From contig JAJOJK010000003.1 of assembly GCA_021208605.1 (NCBI GenBank), positions 73,481-137,480 on the forward strand: 64,000 bases of DNA, in the 5' to 3' direction. Position numbers and translations under genes: made by a program. Position 1 is the stretch's first letter, and each line of letters begins with the position of its first letter. Positions 52,681 through 62,799 of this stretch are shown piece by piece. The notes under the pieces were generated by a model. The model did not search any database, was not told the origin of the DNA, and worked only from the letters and a program-made list of their open reading frames with translations. This DNA comes from Candidatus Woesebacteria bacterium (GTDB taxonomy: Bacteria > Patescibacteriota > Microgenomatia > UBA1400 > UBA1396).

Positions 52681-54057
52681 ATGGCTGAGACAGCCGAAGA
52701 AGTAAAAACAGTCGACACTGCCGATGCAGCAGCTTCGAAACCCAACAATTCCAAATCATCTTCATCTGAAGATTCATCTGAAACCGCATCTTCCAATTCC
52801 AAGAATACTTCCCGATCTCGTTCGCGCAAATCAAGCGGCAGCAGCCGTGGTCGCAAATCACGATCTGATTCCAAGAATTCTTCTTCAAACAATGATGATT
52901 CACAGAACACCTCTGGAAACAGCAATAGTGGCAACTCACTGAAAGAAATTGTGGGGTACATTGATCTGTCTCCCGATGGTCACGCTGTGGTCCGCGAAGG
53001 TTTTTCGCAAAGCCGTTTTGATGCGTACTTAAGCATTTCTGTCGTGCGCAAGCTCCACTTGCGTGCCGGCGATAAGGTGGAAGGTGTTGCTCGTGAACCC
53101 CGCGAAAATGATCGCTACTGGGGCATGAAAGATATCTATTCTGTGAACGGTGTGCCAGTCGACAGTTTGGGTCGCCGACCACGTTTTGAAGAAATGGTGC
53201 CAGTGTACCCAAATCAAAAGATTGTGTTGGAATCAGGTCCCGAACCAATTTCTACGCGTTTAATAGATTTGGTAGCTCCAATAGGAAAAGGCCAACGTGG
53301 TTTGATCGTCGCACCGCCAAAAGCCGGTAAAACGACTATTATGAAGGAAATGGCCTCTGGTGTTGCGCAGAATTTTCCCGAAATTCATTTAATGGCCGTG
53401 CTTATCGGAGAACGTCCTGAAGAAGTGACCGACATTGCTCGTCACATTTCTTCAATTACTAACGGCGTCGGTGAAACCGCGGCTTCTAACTTTGACGAAC
53501 CTGCCGAAGAACAAACCCGAGTTGCCGAAGTCGCTTTAGAGCGGGCCAAGCGTTTGGTCGAAGAGGGGAAAGATGTTGTGATCTTGTTAGACTCGATCAC
53601 CCGTTTAGCTCGCGCATACAACTTGGCAATTCCAACTTCTGGTCGTACGTTGTCTGGTGGTTTTGACCCCGCCGCGCTGTATCCACCGAAGCGTTTCTTT
53701 GGTGCCGCGCGTAATTTTGAAGGTCCAGGCAGTTTAACCATTATTGGTACGGCTCTGGTCGAAACGGGTTCTCGTATGGACGACCTGATTTACGAAGAGT
53801 TTAAGGGTACCGGTAACATGGAACTGCATCTGGAGCGCCGCTTGGCTGAGCGTCGAATTTACCCAGCCATCAATTTGCAGCGTTCTGGCACTCGTCGCGA
53901 TGACTTGTTGTTCGATAATGGTCAGTACCAAAGTATTATTGTCTTGCACCGCATGCTCGATATGCTCAACGACGACGAACGCACTGAAATGGTCATTCGC
54001 CGCTTGAAAGAGACCAGGGACAACAAACAGTTCTTGGCCAGTCTCAAAGACGGTTAG
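52681..54057 (+). CDS. rho: Transcription termination factor Rho (with S-rich N-terminal insertion)
   Basis: Walker A GQRGLIVAPPKAGKTT, VLIGERPEEVTDI, Q/R loops. 630-nt AT-rich structured leader upstream. Confidence 0.85.
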   Translation: MAETAEEVKTVDTADAAASKPNNSKSSSSEDSSETASSNSKNTSRSRSRKSSGSSRGRKSRSDSKNSSSNNDDSQNTSGNSNSGNSLKEIVGYIDLSPDGHAVVREGFSQSRFDAYLSISVVRKLHLRAGDKVEGVAREPRENDRYWGMKDIYSVNGVPVDSLGRRPRFEEMVPVYPNQKIVLESGPEPISTRLIDLVAPIGKGQRGLIVAPPKAGKTTIMKEMASGVAQNFPEIHLMAVLIGERPEEVTDIARHISSITNGVGETAASNFDEPAEEQTRVAEVALERAKRLVEEGKDVVILLDSITRLARAYNLAIPTSGRTLSGGFDPAALYPPKRFFGAARNFEGPGSLTIIGTALVETGSRMDDLIYEEFKGTGNMELHLERRLAERRIYPAINLQRSGTRRDDLLFDNGQYQSIIVLHRMLDMLNDDERTEMVIRRLKETRDNKQFLASLKDG

Positions 54058-54138
54058 GGTCGGTCTGGGCAGCGGAGAGCGGTCACCAAGATGGTACAAT
54101 GATCACCACAGTACCGACGGCGTCGGCACGTTACTCCT

Positions 54139-55320
54139 ATGAAATTTCGATTCTTTGCGCCCCAGCGGCGAGCACCAGCCAAGGATGACTCCACCGAAAT
54201 CTGGTGGCGTGAGCTCTTGGAGACGGGTGATTTCGACGAATATCTCAAGTTTTTGTGGCGCTACCTGTATCGCCGCGGATATTTTTTCTTTTCTTACGTC
54301 GAACTGGCCAAAGATTTGGTGGTCGGTATTTTGTATAAGCGGCGTGGGAAGTTCGCGCGTCCCTTTTTGCATACCGCGTTGATGAGCATTTTCTTCGTCG
54401 GAATTACGTTTGGTCCGTTGCTCGTGCAGCAGGCCACGGCCGAGGAAACAAATGTGGCCGAGTTGCCATCTTCTGTTTTGCGCACGTCTACCGGTGATAC
54501 TGTTTTTCTCACCGAACAAAGTGAAGATGTTGCGCGTTTCCGGGGAGGAGAAGTCATTGAACACGTTGTGTCCGACGGCGAAACCATTTCCTCCATTGCG
54601 CAACGGTATAACTTACAGCAAGACACCATTCTTTGGGAAAACAATCTGACCGCAAACAGCAGCATAAAACCTGGTGATCGCCTGCGTATTTTGCCAACCG
54701 ACGGTGTTCAGCACCGCGTGCAAAAAGGCGAAACCGTCTACACCTTGGCAAAGAAATACGGCCTTGGTGATGACGATGCCGCCGCTCAGGCTATCATTTC
54801 TTTTCCGTTTAACACCTTTGCCGATGACGACACATTTGCCCTGACCACGGGTCAAAGTTTGTTAATTCCAGGTGGACGTCCTCCGGCCAAGGCTACGACG
54901 ACGCCAGTGAATCGGTACGCGCGCGTCACGACGCCAGATGCGGGTGCGGTTTCGGCTACCGGACAATTTGTCTGGCCAGCTTCTGGCTATATTTCTCAGG
55001 GTTACTTCTGGTACCACCAGGCATACGATATTGCGAATCGCGGCGGCGGCAAGATTTTGGCCGCTGATTCTGGCACGGTGGTAGTGGCTGGCTGGGTCGA
55101 CAATTCGGGATACGGGAATCGCATCATGATTGATCACGGCAATGGCTTTGTGACTCTCTACGCTCACTTGTCGGTGGTGCGAGTCCGTGTTGGTCAAACC
55201 GTGAACAAGGGTGACGTGATTGGAGACATGGGTACGACCGGTCGTTCAACGGGTGTTCACTTGCACTTTGAGGTCCGACAGGGTGGAGCGCTCTTGAATC
55301 CGGGCAACTTCCTCCGCTAA
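54139..55320 (+). CDS. M23-family metallopeptidase with two LysM domains
   Basis: LysM (HVVSDGETISSIAQRYNL; HRVQKGETVYTLAKKYGL). M23 HxxxD/HxH (HQAYDI..., GTTGRSTGVHLHFEV). N-terminal TM. Confidence 0.8.
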   Translation: MKFRFFAPQRRAPAKDDSTEIWWRELLETGDFDEYLKFLWRYLYRRGYFFFSYVELAKDLVVGILYKRRGKFARPFLHTALMSIFFVGITFGPLLVQQATAEETNVAELPSSVLRTSTGDTVFLTEQSEDVARFRGGEVIEHVVSDGETISSIAQRYNLQQDTILWENNLTANSSIKPGDRLRILPTDGVQHRVQKGETVYTLAKKYGLGDDDAAAQAIISFPFNTFADDDTFALTTGQSLLIPGGRPPAKATTTPVNRYARVTTPDAGAVSATGQFVWPASGYISQGYFWYHQAYDIANRGGGKILAADSGTVVVAGWVDNSGYGNRIMIDHGNGFVTLYAHLSVVRVRVGQTVNKGDVIGDMGTTGRSTGVHLHFEVRQGGALLNPGNFLR

Positions 55321-55431
55321 AGTTTCTGGCTCAATGGAGTCGAAAATCCGTTGATAGTATTTATGGATAAATATACAAATAAATAGAAAAGTAAGGAAAA
55401 GTATATTCTGATATACTTATATGCACAAGAT

Positions 55432-56637
55432 ATGGTTGATACATCTTTTTTTATAGTTAAAGCAGGCAAGGGCGGCGATGGTCGTGCTACCTTCCGTCGC
55501 GAAAAATATGCGCCCAAAGGTGGTCCAAATGGTGGCGATGGCGGCAACGGTGGATCGGTCTACATTGTGGCCGACGCCCACAAAAACACGCTGCGCGACT
55601 ATGCTGGTAAGACATTTTTCCAAGCCGAGAATGGTGAGCCCGGTCAAAAACAGCAAAAATCGGGCAATAACGGCGACGACCTCGAGTTGAAAGTGCCAGT
55701 CGGCACCGTGATTTGGGAAGTCACCGACGAAAAGGCTTTTAAAGCCGGCGACAAGTCCGCGCGTACGCTCGTTGGCGAAATTATGGATGCCGATGATCGC
55801 TTGTTGGTTGCCAAAGGCGGCCTCGGTGGTCGTGGGAATGTGCACTTTAAGAGTTCTACTAATCGCACGCCGCTTGAATACGAAATCGGCGGCGCGCCGC
55901 AAGAGAAGAAATTATTTTTAGAGCTGAAACTGTTGGCCGATATCGGTTTTGTCGGTTTGCCCAACGCCGGGAAGAGTACGCTCCTTTCGGTCTTGACCGA
56001 CGCGAAACCAAAAGTGGCTGACTATCCGTTCACCACGCTGGAACCACATCTCGGTGTGATGTCGGTCGGTGGCGACAAAGAAACCACCCGCTACGTAGTG
56101 GCCGATGTTCCCGGGTTAATTGAAGCCGCCAGCGCTGGCAAAGGCCTTGGCCACCAATTCTTGCGCCACATCGAGCGCTGTCGTTTGCTGGTCTACGTAT
56201 TGGCTCCAAACGAAACCCTGGCTTATGACGCCGACACGCCGGTAGAGAAGGTGACTGACTCCGTCATGGAACAGTGGAACACACTGCGTACTGAACTTGA
56301 GAACTACAACCCTGAGTTACTGGAGCGACCAGTGGTGATCGTCTTGAACAAGCAAGATATGTTGGCCGAGGCTGATCGACAGGCGTTACTGCAAGCCGTC
56401 CAGGCGAAAACAGTCGAAAAGGCAGACATTGATGGGGAAGTAGTGACCACCTCCGCTATTACACAAGAGGGAATTGAAGAACTCAAAAACACACTGCACG
56501 AAATGCTCTTGCAGCATCCAACACTTGAGACTGCTGTGGAGACAGCAGAAGACTCGATTCCAGTATATACACCGGAAGATGACGTTGGCAAGCCTGTTTT
56601 GACTCGGAAAGAGGTGGGGAACTGGCGGAAGTTGTAG
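55432..56637 (+). CDS. obg: GTPase Obg
   Basis: Obg-fold glycine-rich N-terminus (KAGKGGDGRATFRREKYAPKGGPNGGDGGNGG), G1 GLPNAGKST, G2/G3 present. Confidence 0.85.
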   Translation: MVDTSFFIVKAGKGGDGRATFRREKYAPKGGPNGGDGGNGGSVYIVADAHKNTLRDYAGKTFFQAENGEPGQKQQKSGNNGDDLELKVPVGTVIWEVTDEKAFKAGDKSARTLVGEIMDADDRLLVAKGGLGGRGNVHFKSSTNRTPLEYEIGGAPQEKKLFLELKLLADIGFVGLPNAGKSTLLSVLTDAKPKVADYPFTTLEPHLGVMSVGGDKETTRYVVADVPGLIEAASAGKGLGHQFLRHIERCRLLVYVLAPNETLAYDADTPVEKVTDSVMEQWNTLRTELENYNPELLERPVVIVLNKQDMLAEADRQALLQAVQAKTVEKADIDGEVVTTSAITQEGIEELKNTLHEMLLQHPTLETAVETAEDSIPVYTPEDDVGKPVLTRKEVGNWRKL

Positions 56638-56646
56638 GGGTTTTCT

Positions 56647-56735
56647 GGAGGGTTACCTTTCTCTGCAACTACCTCTGGAAAGGTTACCCTAAGTCTCCCT
56701 TTCTTGAGGAAACTAAATTGTAAGGTAACCTTCAA
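56647..56735. repeat. Array of three GGTTACC/GGTAACC-core motifs plus an inverted-repeat arm (ctctgcaactacctctgg)
   Basis: Motifs at 56651-57, 56682-88, 56724-30. The arm at 56661-56678 is the reverse complement of 62859-62872 and its flanks (~29/33 identity). Confidence 0.6.
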
Positions 56736-56772
56736 CAGGAGGTGGTATAATACCAATCCTAACCACATTATT

Positions 56773-56845
56773 GGGCCCATGGCGCAGCTGGTAGCGCGTC
56801 TGTATGGCATACAGAAGGTCAGGGGTTCGAGTCCCCTTGGGTCCA
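56773..56845 (+). tRNA. tRNA-Ala (anticodon GGC)
   Basis: gggccca.../tgggtcc acceptor with G3:U70; anticodon loop atGGCat; T-loop ttcgagt. Confidence 0.8.
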
Positions 56846-56854
56846 CAAAAAAAA

Positions 56855-56875
56855 GACACCGTGAGGTGTCTTTTT
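56855..56875 (+). terminator. Rho-independent terminator after tRNA-Ala(GGC)
   Basis: gacacc / gtga / ggtgtc followed by ttttt. Confidence 0.6.
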
Positions 56876-57126
56876 CCATCAATGGGCAATAAAATCTCGT
56901 TTGATGTATACTGTAAATATGCGTTTGTTAGAAGTTCTTGGTTTTAAAGGGAAAAGTGAGCGTATCTTGCGGCAGAGCTCCGAACGATTCATCAGATGAA
57001 ATCTGAAATCATTGCGTCAGTACACAAGAAAAAGAAGTAGTTTTTTGCAGTGGCTCGGGGAGTAACAAATTTATCCCAACACAGTTTCTTCTGGTAGAAT
57101 ATCATCTTAGGTAAAAAAACCTTCGC

Positions 57127-57197
57127 GGGCCTATAGGTAAGGGGTATACCGCAGCATTCGCATTGCTGAGTCCCGAGTTCGATTCTCGGTAGGTCCA
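57127..57197 (+). tRNA. tRNA-Ala (anticodon CGC)
   Basis: gggccta.../taggtcc acceptor with G3:U70; anticodon stem cagca/tgctg with loop ttCGCat; T-arm ccgag ttcgatt ctcgg; short D-loop. TGn-extended -10 (tggtagaat) upstream. Confidence 0.7.
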
Positions 57198-57239
57198 CTT
57201 TTTTCAAAAAGAGTAACCGAAAAGTGGGAAGATTGAAAT

Positions 57240-57575
57240 ATGTCACAAGCAGAAATAACTAGAGGAAAGCAGGCGGAGATTCGCCAGGAAGTTGACGCGG
57301 TTTTCGAAAATGCTGGGCTGGAGCAGTTAGCTGAGGCCTACACTTGGACACTTTTAATGATTAAGGACAGATTTGCAGAATTGAAGAACATCTTAGATAT
57401 TGAAGAAGCCGAAAACCGACAAGGACAAGAAGACTCTCTTCACTCGAGTCTCAGAGCGTTTCGTGGTGACATGAGCAGTCTGACGTCTGGTTATTTTTCC
57501 AATGAACAAACAAAAGCCGCGTTTTTGCAACAATTCCAAGCGCTTGTTCAGCTAGCACAGCCTGAGCATCGTTAA
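57240..57575 (+). CDS. Hypothetical protein, 111 aa
   Basis: ORF only; helical composition. Confidence 0.35.
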   Translation: MSQAEITRGKQAEIRQEVDAVFENAGLEQLAEAYTWTLLMIKDRFAELKNILDIEEAENRQGQEDSLHSSLRAFRGDMSSLTSGYFSNEQTKAAFLQQFQALVQLAQPEHR

Positions 57576-57606
57576 TTCCTAGTTTTTCTTTCTTCAAACT
57601 GGCATA

Positions 57607-58251
57607 ATGCAGGTAATGCCACGCCTTTTTTCAAAAAAGAACACTGCCCGTCATGGTGTCACGTTAATTGAGATGCTTATTGCCATGACGTTTCTCGCCA
57701 TCATGATGGTGGTGGCGTTTATGCAGGTTTCTCGGTATATCAACCAGAGTAGAGACGTGGAGCGGAAGACGGATTTGGAAAAATACCGCATTGCGCTGGA
57801 AGAATATTTCGCCGACCACGGCCAGTATCCGCCAACTTCACTGATGCAAAATTGTGGTTCCAAAGAAATTGTTCCGTATTTGCCAGAGGTATATTGCGAT
57901 CCGTTGTCGGGTGATCCGTACCGATATGTGCGCACGCAGAACGGTGCCCATTACGAACTCTGGACGACGTTGATTACCGAAGGCGATCCAGTGATTGAAC
58001 TGCGCGGCTGCGATGTGGGGTGCGGTCCGGACGACAACGACGACGGAGCCGGCGATTACAACTACGGTATCAGCGATGAACAGGTCGCCACCGGCGAAGG
58101 AGCGGAAGCAGGGTTCGTAGAACCGTTCTGTTCCTCTGGTGGAGTGCGCTATTGTATTGCCGGGCAATGTTCGAATTGTTGTCCCGGTGACATCTATCGG
58201 TGTAACAGTACCGGTACGGCGTGCTATATTGACTACAGTTGCCGCGAGTAG
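57607..58251 (+). CDS. Type IV pilin/pseudopilin-like protein (class III signal peptide), Cys-rich C-terminus
   Basis: Prepilin peptidase site ...RHG|VTLIEMLIAMTFLAIMMVVAF with Glu at +5. Confidence 0.65.
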   Translation: MQVMPRLFSKKNTARHGVTLIEMLIAMTFLAIMMVVAFMQVSRYINQSRDVERKTDLEKYRIALEEYFADHGQYPPTSLMQNCGSKEIVPYLPEVYCDPLSGDPYRYVRTQNGAHYELWTTLITEGDPVIELRGCDVGCGPDDNDDGAGDYNYGISDEQVATGEGAEAGFVEPFCSSGGVRYCIAGQCSNCCPGDIYRCNSTGTACYIDYSCRE

Positions 58252-58275
58252 AGAAGTCTCGTTGGCGGTACGAAT

Positions 58276-58860
58276 ATGCACAAAAATCGCACAGTTGTAG
58301 CTTCATCTTTTTTTCCCGCTCGTTTTTTCAGTCGAGGCGGATTCACATTGATTGAGTTGATGGTCGTGATCTCGATTATCGGGATTTTGACGGCCGCGAT
58401 TGGCGGTAATTACATGACTTCCCGGGTGCGGGCGCGCGATTCGGAGCGTAAGAACGCTTTGTCGCAGATTCGCAATGCGCTGGAAATTTATTTTAATGAC
58501 CACGGTCATTATCCAGAAGCTATCGACGGAAAAATTCTCGGACTCGACTGGGGTGGGCCACTGATCGACAGCAATACCACAACCTACATGGTGCAGCTCC
58601 CGAGCGACTCGCGCGCGCCCAACACGCAGTACTACTACGAAGTTGATGGAACAGATGCTCTGTTCACAGACCAACTCAAATATCGTTTATATGCTCGACT
58701 TGAAAACCCCAATGACGCTGACACTGATCTGGATGGCGACGGCGATGTCGGCGACGAATATGACGGCACCAACGGCGACGGCCAAGCCAAATACTGCGGC
58801 GATGACTACTGTAACTACGGCATTCCCGCCCCGACGACCACAATGGAGGAAGTATGGTAA
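58276..58860 (+). CDS. Type IV pilin-like protein
   Basis: ...SRGG|FTLIELMVVISIIGILTAAIG, a canonical N-terminal pilin helix. Confidence 0.7.
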   Translation: MHKNRTVVASSFFPARFFSRGGFTLIELMVVISIIGILTAAIGGNYMTSRVRARDSERKNALSQIRNALEIYFNDHGHYPEAIDGKILGLDWGGPLIDSNTTTYMVQLPSDSRAPNTQYYYEVDGTDALFTDQLKYRLYARLENPNDADTDLDGDGDVGDEYDGTNGDGQAKYCGDDYCNYGIPAPTTTMEEVW

Positions 58861-59285
58861 AACACAGCCAATTTGCGCCCCAGTTCGACCAAAATAGCCG
58901 TCAAGGCTTCACTTTGGTGGAGTTACTCATCGTGATTTCGATCATCGGTATTTTGGCGCGTTTTTTGTTTGTCAACTTCGCCGAGGTTCGTATTCGCGGT
59001 CGCGATACCCAACGCAAAAATGACTTAACTCAAGTGAAAAAAGCCCTCCGTCTTTACTACAACGATTACCAAAGTTATCCGGCGCATGACGAGGCAAATC
59101 GGATTCTTGGCTGCGGGAGCGATGGTGCTGAACCCTGCGCCTGGGGAAGTCCTTTTGAGACCGGCTCGACAACCTACATGGGAGAGTTGCCAGCCGACCC
59201 AATTAACATTGGCGCCCAAGTCTATTCTTACGAACAAGTTGATGGCGGCGAAGATTTTCCGCTTAACCGCCAACCTGGAGAATAA
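58854..59285 (+). CDS. Type IV pilin-like protein
   Basis: ...RQG|FTLVELLIVISIIGILA; overlaps the upstream stop (coupled). Confidence 0.7.
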   Translation: MVKHSQFAPQFDQNSRQGFTLVELLIVISIIGILARFLFVNFAEVRIRGRDTQRKNDLTQVKKALRLYYNDYQSYPAHDEANRILGCGSDGAEPCAWGSPFETGSTTYMGELPADPINIGAQVYSYEQVDGGEDFPLNRQPGE

Positions 59286-59435
59286 ATCTGATCAGCAGGC
59301 TGTTCCGAGCCAAGAGCGGTGTGGGATTGTTGAAGACGAGATTGATGACTCCACCTTCATGATATGTGCCAACTAACCTGACTTGTGAGTCGAAGTATTT
59401 TATTTCAGAAATGTGCTCTTAGAAATACGCTAGAA

Positions 59436-61631
59436 CTAGAAACCGACGTTTTCCGGTAAGACAATCGAACCGTCAGAATTTTGTGTACCTTCGTTGGGAG
59501 TTTGGTCTTCTGTGGACTCTGGCTGCGGTTGTTCTTGGAGCGGGTCGCTCTCCAAGAGCTCGTCGAAGCTGGGATCATTGGGGTTTTGCGCAGGGGCGTT
59601 TTCGGGCACACTCGGCTGTTGTGGGGTGTCGAGAAGATCGGCATTTTCGCTACCGGCTTCGTAGGTACCGGCCGCGTCGTCAGCATTTCCGTCTGATTGT
59701 TGCGCTGCCGCGGCATTTTGCGCTTCGGTTAAAGCACCTTGCACCAGGACAAAGTCATCATCACTTTCTTCCAGGAGCGACAAAGCGCGTTGGAAGGCTT
59801 GCGTGGCTAGGCCGGGTTGTTCCATGGCCATGAGGGCAACGCCGTAGCGATAGTAGGCCACGTGCCAGTCTGGCTTCAGTTGAATAGCTTGTTCGTAGTA
59901 GCGCAGCGACTGATCTGGTTGGTTGAGCACAACATACAGATTTCCGAGTTGCGCGCGGAGCTGAGGCGAGAGCGGGTCAGTCTGGATAGCCTGAATGAGC
60001 GCCGCGGTGGCCCAGCGAGAAGATCCTTCCACATCCAGCATATTGCTGTACAGACTGGAGAGGTGTTCCCAATTTTCGGTTTCGGTGGGGTTTATTTGCG
60101 CGGCCATGCGAGCTTCTCGAATGGATTGTTGCAAAAGTTGCGCAAATACTTGACGCTGCTCTTCGGTCAGGTCGCCATTTTGGGCCAGACCACGCGCAAT
60201 CGCGAGATTGGTTGAGGAGTAGGAGCGGCGATACTGCGTGTTGTACGGAGAAAAACGGATGGCTAATTGTTGCAAATCATACGTGTTTGTAACCTGATTA
60301 TTCTGCGCGGACAAAATAGACCGCGCGTAGAGATACTCAGCCGCATATGTTTTGCCAGCGAAGTAGGTGAGGGCCAAGGCACCAGCAGCAAAAACAGCGG
60401 CGGTGGCGTAGGCAAATCCGGCATGTGTTTTCTTGGATTTCAGTTGACCAGAGGGGCCGAGCTGGATGGCAGAGAGAAGCACCACTAAATCTTGAGCCGT
60501 GGTGGGGTCTTCAGCGCGGGCTTCCTCCATGATGGCCAGCAGTGTGAGCGTTAAGACAATAATGGTGGTCGCACTGAGCGGCGCTACCCAGAATAAAAGA
60601 ATTTGAATCAGGAAAAAGACAAACAAAGTCGGGTGTTTTCGGAATACCTGGCGACCTGTCCAGAGTCCACTGGCGTAAACACCCAACCAAGCAGTGAAGC
60701 CAACGGCACCAATGGTGGTGAGGGCGTGGAGGGCCTCGGAGCTACTGGCGCGGAAGCGGAGTGCCCAGAGTTCAGACATGTTGTAGGTGACGTCGCGGAA
60801 ACGATGGAATGCGGACAGGAAGCTTTCCGGTCCAATCCCAAAGAGTAATCGTGGCAGTTGTTTCCAGTTTTCGATCGCAATTCCCCAACCGAATTGATAC
60901 GGTAAGAGCACCGGACGCACATCTGGTTTCAGAACAATACTAATGAGTACGCCGGCGAGTGTGGCAAACAGAAAAGCGGTGAGTCCGAGTCGGACAGGAG
61001 AAGTTGCGGCTTCGGATTCTGGTGAAGTTTCTTTTTTGGTGGCCGAGAAATGTTTCCAGATACTGATCCCGTTCGCCAAAACGACGGGAACCAAGAGGGC
61101 CAGCAGAACCGCTGGTGATTCAGCCAGGGAAAAACTGATGTTGGTCGGGAGTTGGGAGCCAAGGAATCGATTCAGCAGCGCGGAGAACGTGAAATCACCG
61201 GGCACTACTAACTGCCACCAGACAACGATGGACAGAGCGGCAGTTCCCCAGGTAAGTCCACGTAACAGGTGTGACCAGCGGAAGCCACTAAAGGTGCTAA
61301 AACCAAAGAGCAGGACGACGCTCATAGCGAGCAAGGACAAGAAGCGGCCGCTCAGTTGGAACGGCGTGTTGCTCGCCATAACCGCGGAGATGACTGTTGC
61401 CACGACTAACAGAAGGGCGCTGATGTTGACGGGAGACAAAGAAAACAAAACACGTTTCTCGCGCACGACGCGCACAATCCAGAAAGCAGCCAAGGCAATC
61501 GCCGTGACCATGAACAAGAATTGTTTCTGCACGCCAATAGAGTCCGGGATCAACGGAATGAACCAGATCGGAGCCAAAAAGGCTAAGGCGGTCAAGATTC
61601 CGGAACTCAATTTGTGGTGCAGGTGTTGCAT
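59436..61631 (-). CDS. Polytopic membrane protein of the Wzy_C/O-antigen-ligase superfamily (tentative) with C-terminal TPR repeats and an acidic tail
   Basis: About 12 TM helices in the N-terminal 420 aa, then TPR-like repeats (AIQLKPDWHVAYYRYGVALMAMEQPGLATQAFQRALSL). Convergent with the pilin cluster. Confidence 0.45.
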   Translation of the reverse strand: MQHLHHKLSSGILTALAFLAPIWFIPLIPDSIGVQKQFLFMVTAIALAAFWIVRVVREKRVLFSLSPVNISALLLVVATVISAVMASNTPFQLSGRFLSLLAMSVVLLFGFSTFSGFRWSHLLRGLTWGTAALSIVVWWQLVVPGDFTFSALLNRFLGSQLPTNISFSLAESPAVLLALLVPVVLANGISIWKHFSATKKETSPESEAATSPVRLGLTAFLFATLAGVLISIVLKPDVRPVLLPYQFGWGIAIENWKQLPRLLFGIGPESFLSAFHRFRDVTYNMSELWALRFRASSSEALHALTTIGAVGFTAWLGVYASGLWTGRQVFRKHPTLFVFFLIQILLFWVAPLSATTIIVLTLTLLAIMEEARAEDPTTAQDLVVLLSAIQLGPSGQLKSKKTHAGFAYATAAVFAAGALALTYFAGKTYAAEYLYARSILSAQNNQVTNTYDLQQLAIRFSPYNTQYRRSYSSTNLAIARGLAQNGDLTEEQRQVFAQLLQQSIREARMAAQINPTETENWEHLSSLYSNMLDVEGSSRWATAALIQAIQTDPLSPQLRAQLGNLYVVLNQPDQSLRYYEQAIQLKPDWHVAYYRYGVALMAMEQPGLATQAFQRALSLLEESDDDFVLVQGALTEAQNAAAAQQSDGNADDAAGTYEAGSENADLLDTPQQPSVPENAPAQNPNDPSFDELLESDPLQEQPQPESTEDQTPNEGTQNSDGSIVLPENVGF

Positions 61632-61669
61632 AGTCGTCCTCAGGCGGGGTCGTTTTTTGGTTGTGAGTG

Positions 61670-62752
61670 TTACTCAGTGATGCGCCAGAATAGCGTAACA
61701 TTTTCTTCCAGAGGGTTGAAGCTCTGAATGGTGAATCCTTCGCCAGATTTTCGGCTGGAAACGCGGAACGGTGTGTGTGGTTGCGAAGCCGAGTTCGGCG
61801 AGACTTCAACGGTAATCTGCATAGTGTCGGTCAAACCGGTGAAGGGGACAAAGATTTCGGTTTGCTGCGCTGGCAAGACAACTTCGCCTTGGAGCGCGTT
61901 GTCGGCGGTTTTGGTGCCGATGGTGGTATCGGAACCTTCTTCGGCGTCGGCGACAATTGGTCCGCTCGCCAAGTTATTGTTGGCTTGTTGCGTCGGGAGC
62001 TGGTCGAGGACGCTTTCTTCTAAGATGTTGACATCTTGCACCCCAAGCGCTTGGGCAATAACTAAGTCTTGATCACCTTTGGCGGCGAGTTCTGGATTGA
62101 TGGCGCTTGCCGTGGTGTAGATGCGGGCCCGAAGGAGGAAGCCGAGACCGTTGGTAGGATCGAGATCGATCGCGGTGTTGGCGGCAGCGAGGGCTTCATC
62201 GAGGTACTGCATGATGGAGTCGCGATCAGCGTTCGTTTGGGTGCCGGCTGTGGACTGGGAAAGCTGAATCGCCTTGCGCAAAAATCCCTGGGCGAGCGTC
62301 AGATGGTAGCGGTAGGCTTTTTGTTCGGTGCTGAGGATGACCTGGGAATTCACGAGGTCGGTAGCGGTGGAGTTCGTCTCTGGGGAAGAAGTGGTGGCGC
62401 TGACGAGTTGGGCGTCGACAGGAGTGTCGGTGGTCGCGGTGTCGCTTTCAGGTGCAGTTTCGGAAAAAGTGCTCGCGATTTGATTCCCTGGCTGTTGTTG
62501 CTGGGCCAGGTAGCTGCTGACGAGTTGTTGGTTGTGCGCGCGCAGTTGTGGGGTGGTCGGCTGCGACCAGAAAATGAATCCTAACGGCAAGACGGCCACG
62601 AGCGAGAGGGCCATCCAGGGGCGCAGTTGCGTTACGGAGAGTTCACTCGTGGCGGAAGCCAGACGAGTAAAGGAAACTTTCCAGGCTGGCTCGGGAGAGC
62701 GAAGCAGGGAAGTGTCAATCGTAGCAATTTCTTGAGGCGGCAGGCCGTACAT
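61670..62752 (-). CDS. Hypothetical membrane-anchored protein with TPR-like region
   Basis: N-terminal TM (LSLVAVLPLGFIFW), T/S-rich spacer, helical repeats. Confidence 0.4.
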   Translation of the reverse strand: MYGLPPQEIATIDTSLLRSPEPAWKVSFTRLASATSELSVTQLRPWMALSLVAVLPLGFIFWSQPTTPQLRAHNQQLVSSYLAQQQQPGNQIASTFSETAPESDTATTDTPVDAQLVSATTSSPETNSTATDLVNSQVILSTEQKAYRYHLTLAQGFLRKAIQLSQSTAGTQTNADRDSIMQYLDEALAAANTAIDLDPTNGLGFLLRARIYTTASAINPELAAKGDQDLVIAQALGVQDVNILEESVLDQLPTQQANNNLASGPIVADAEEGSDTTIGTKTADNALQGEVVLPAQQTEIFVPFTGLTDTMQITVEVSPNSASQPHTPFRVSSRKSGEGFTIQSFNPLEENVTLFWRITE

Positions 62753-62799
62753 AGAGTGGTTTCAGTATGGCGTTTTCTCGAGGTGGTGTCAAGGTGGGG

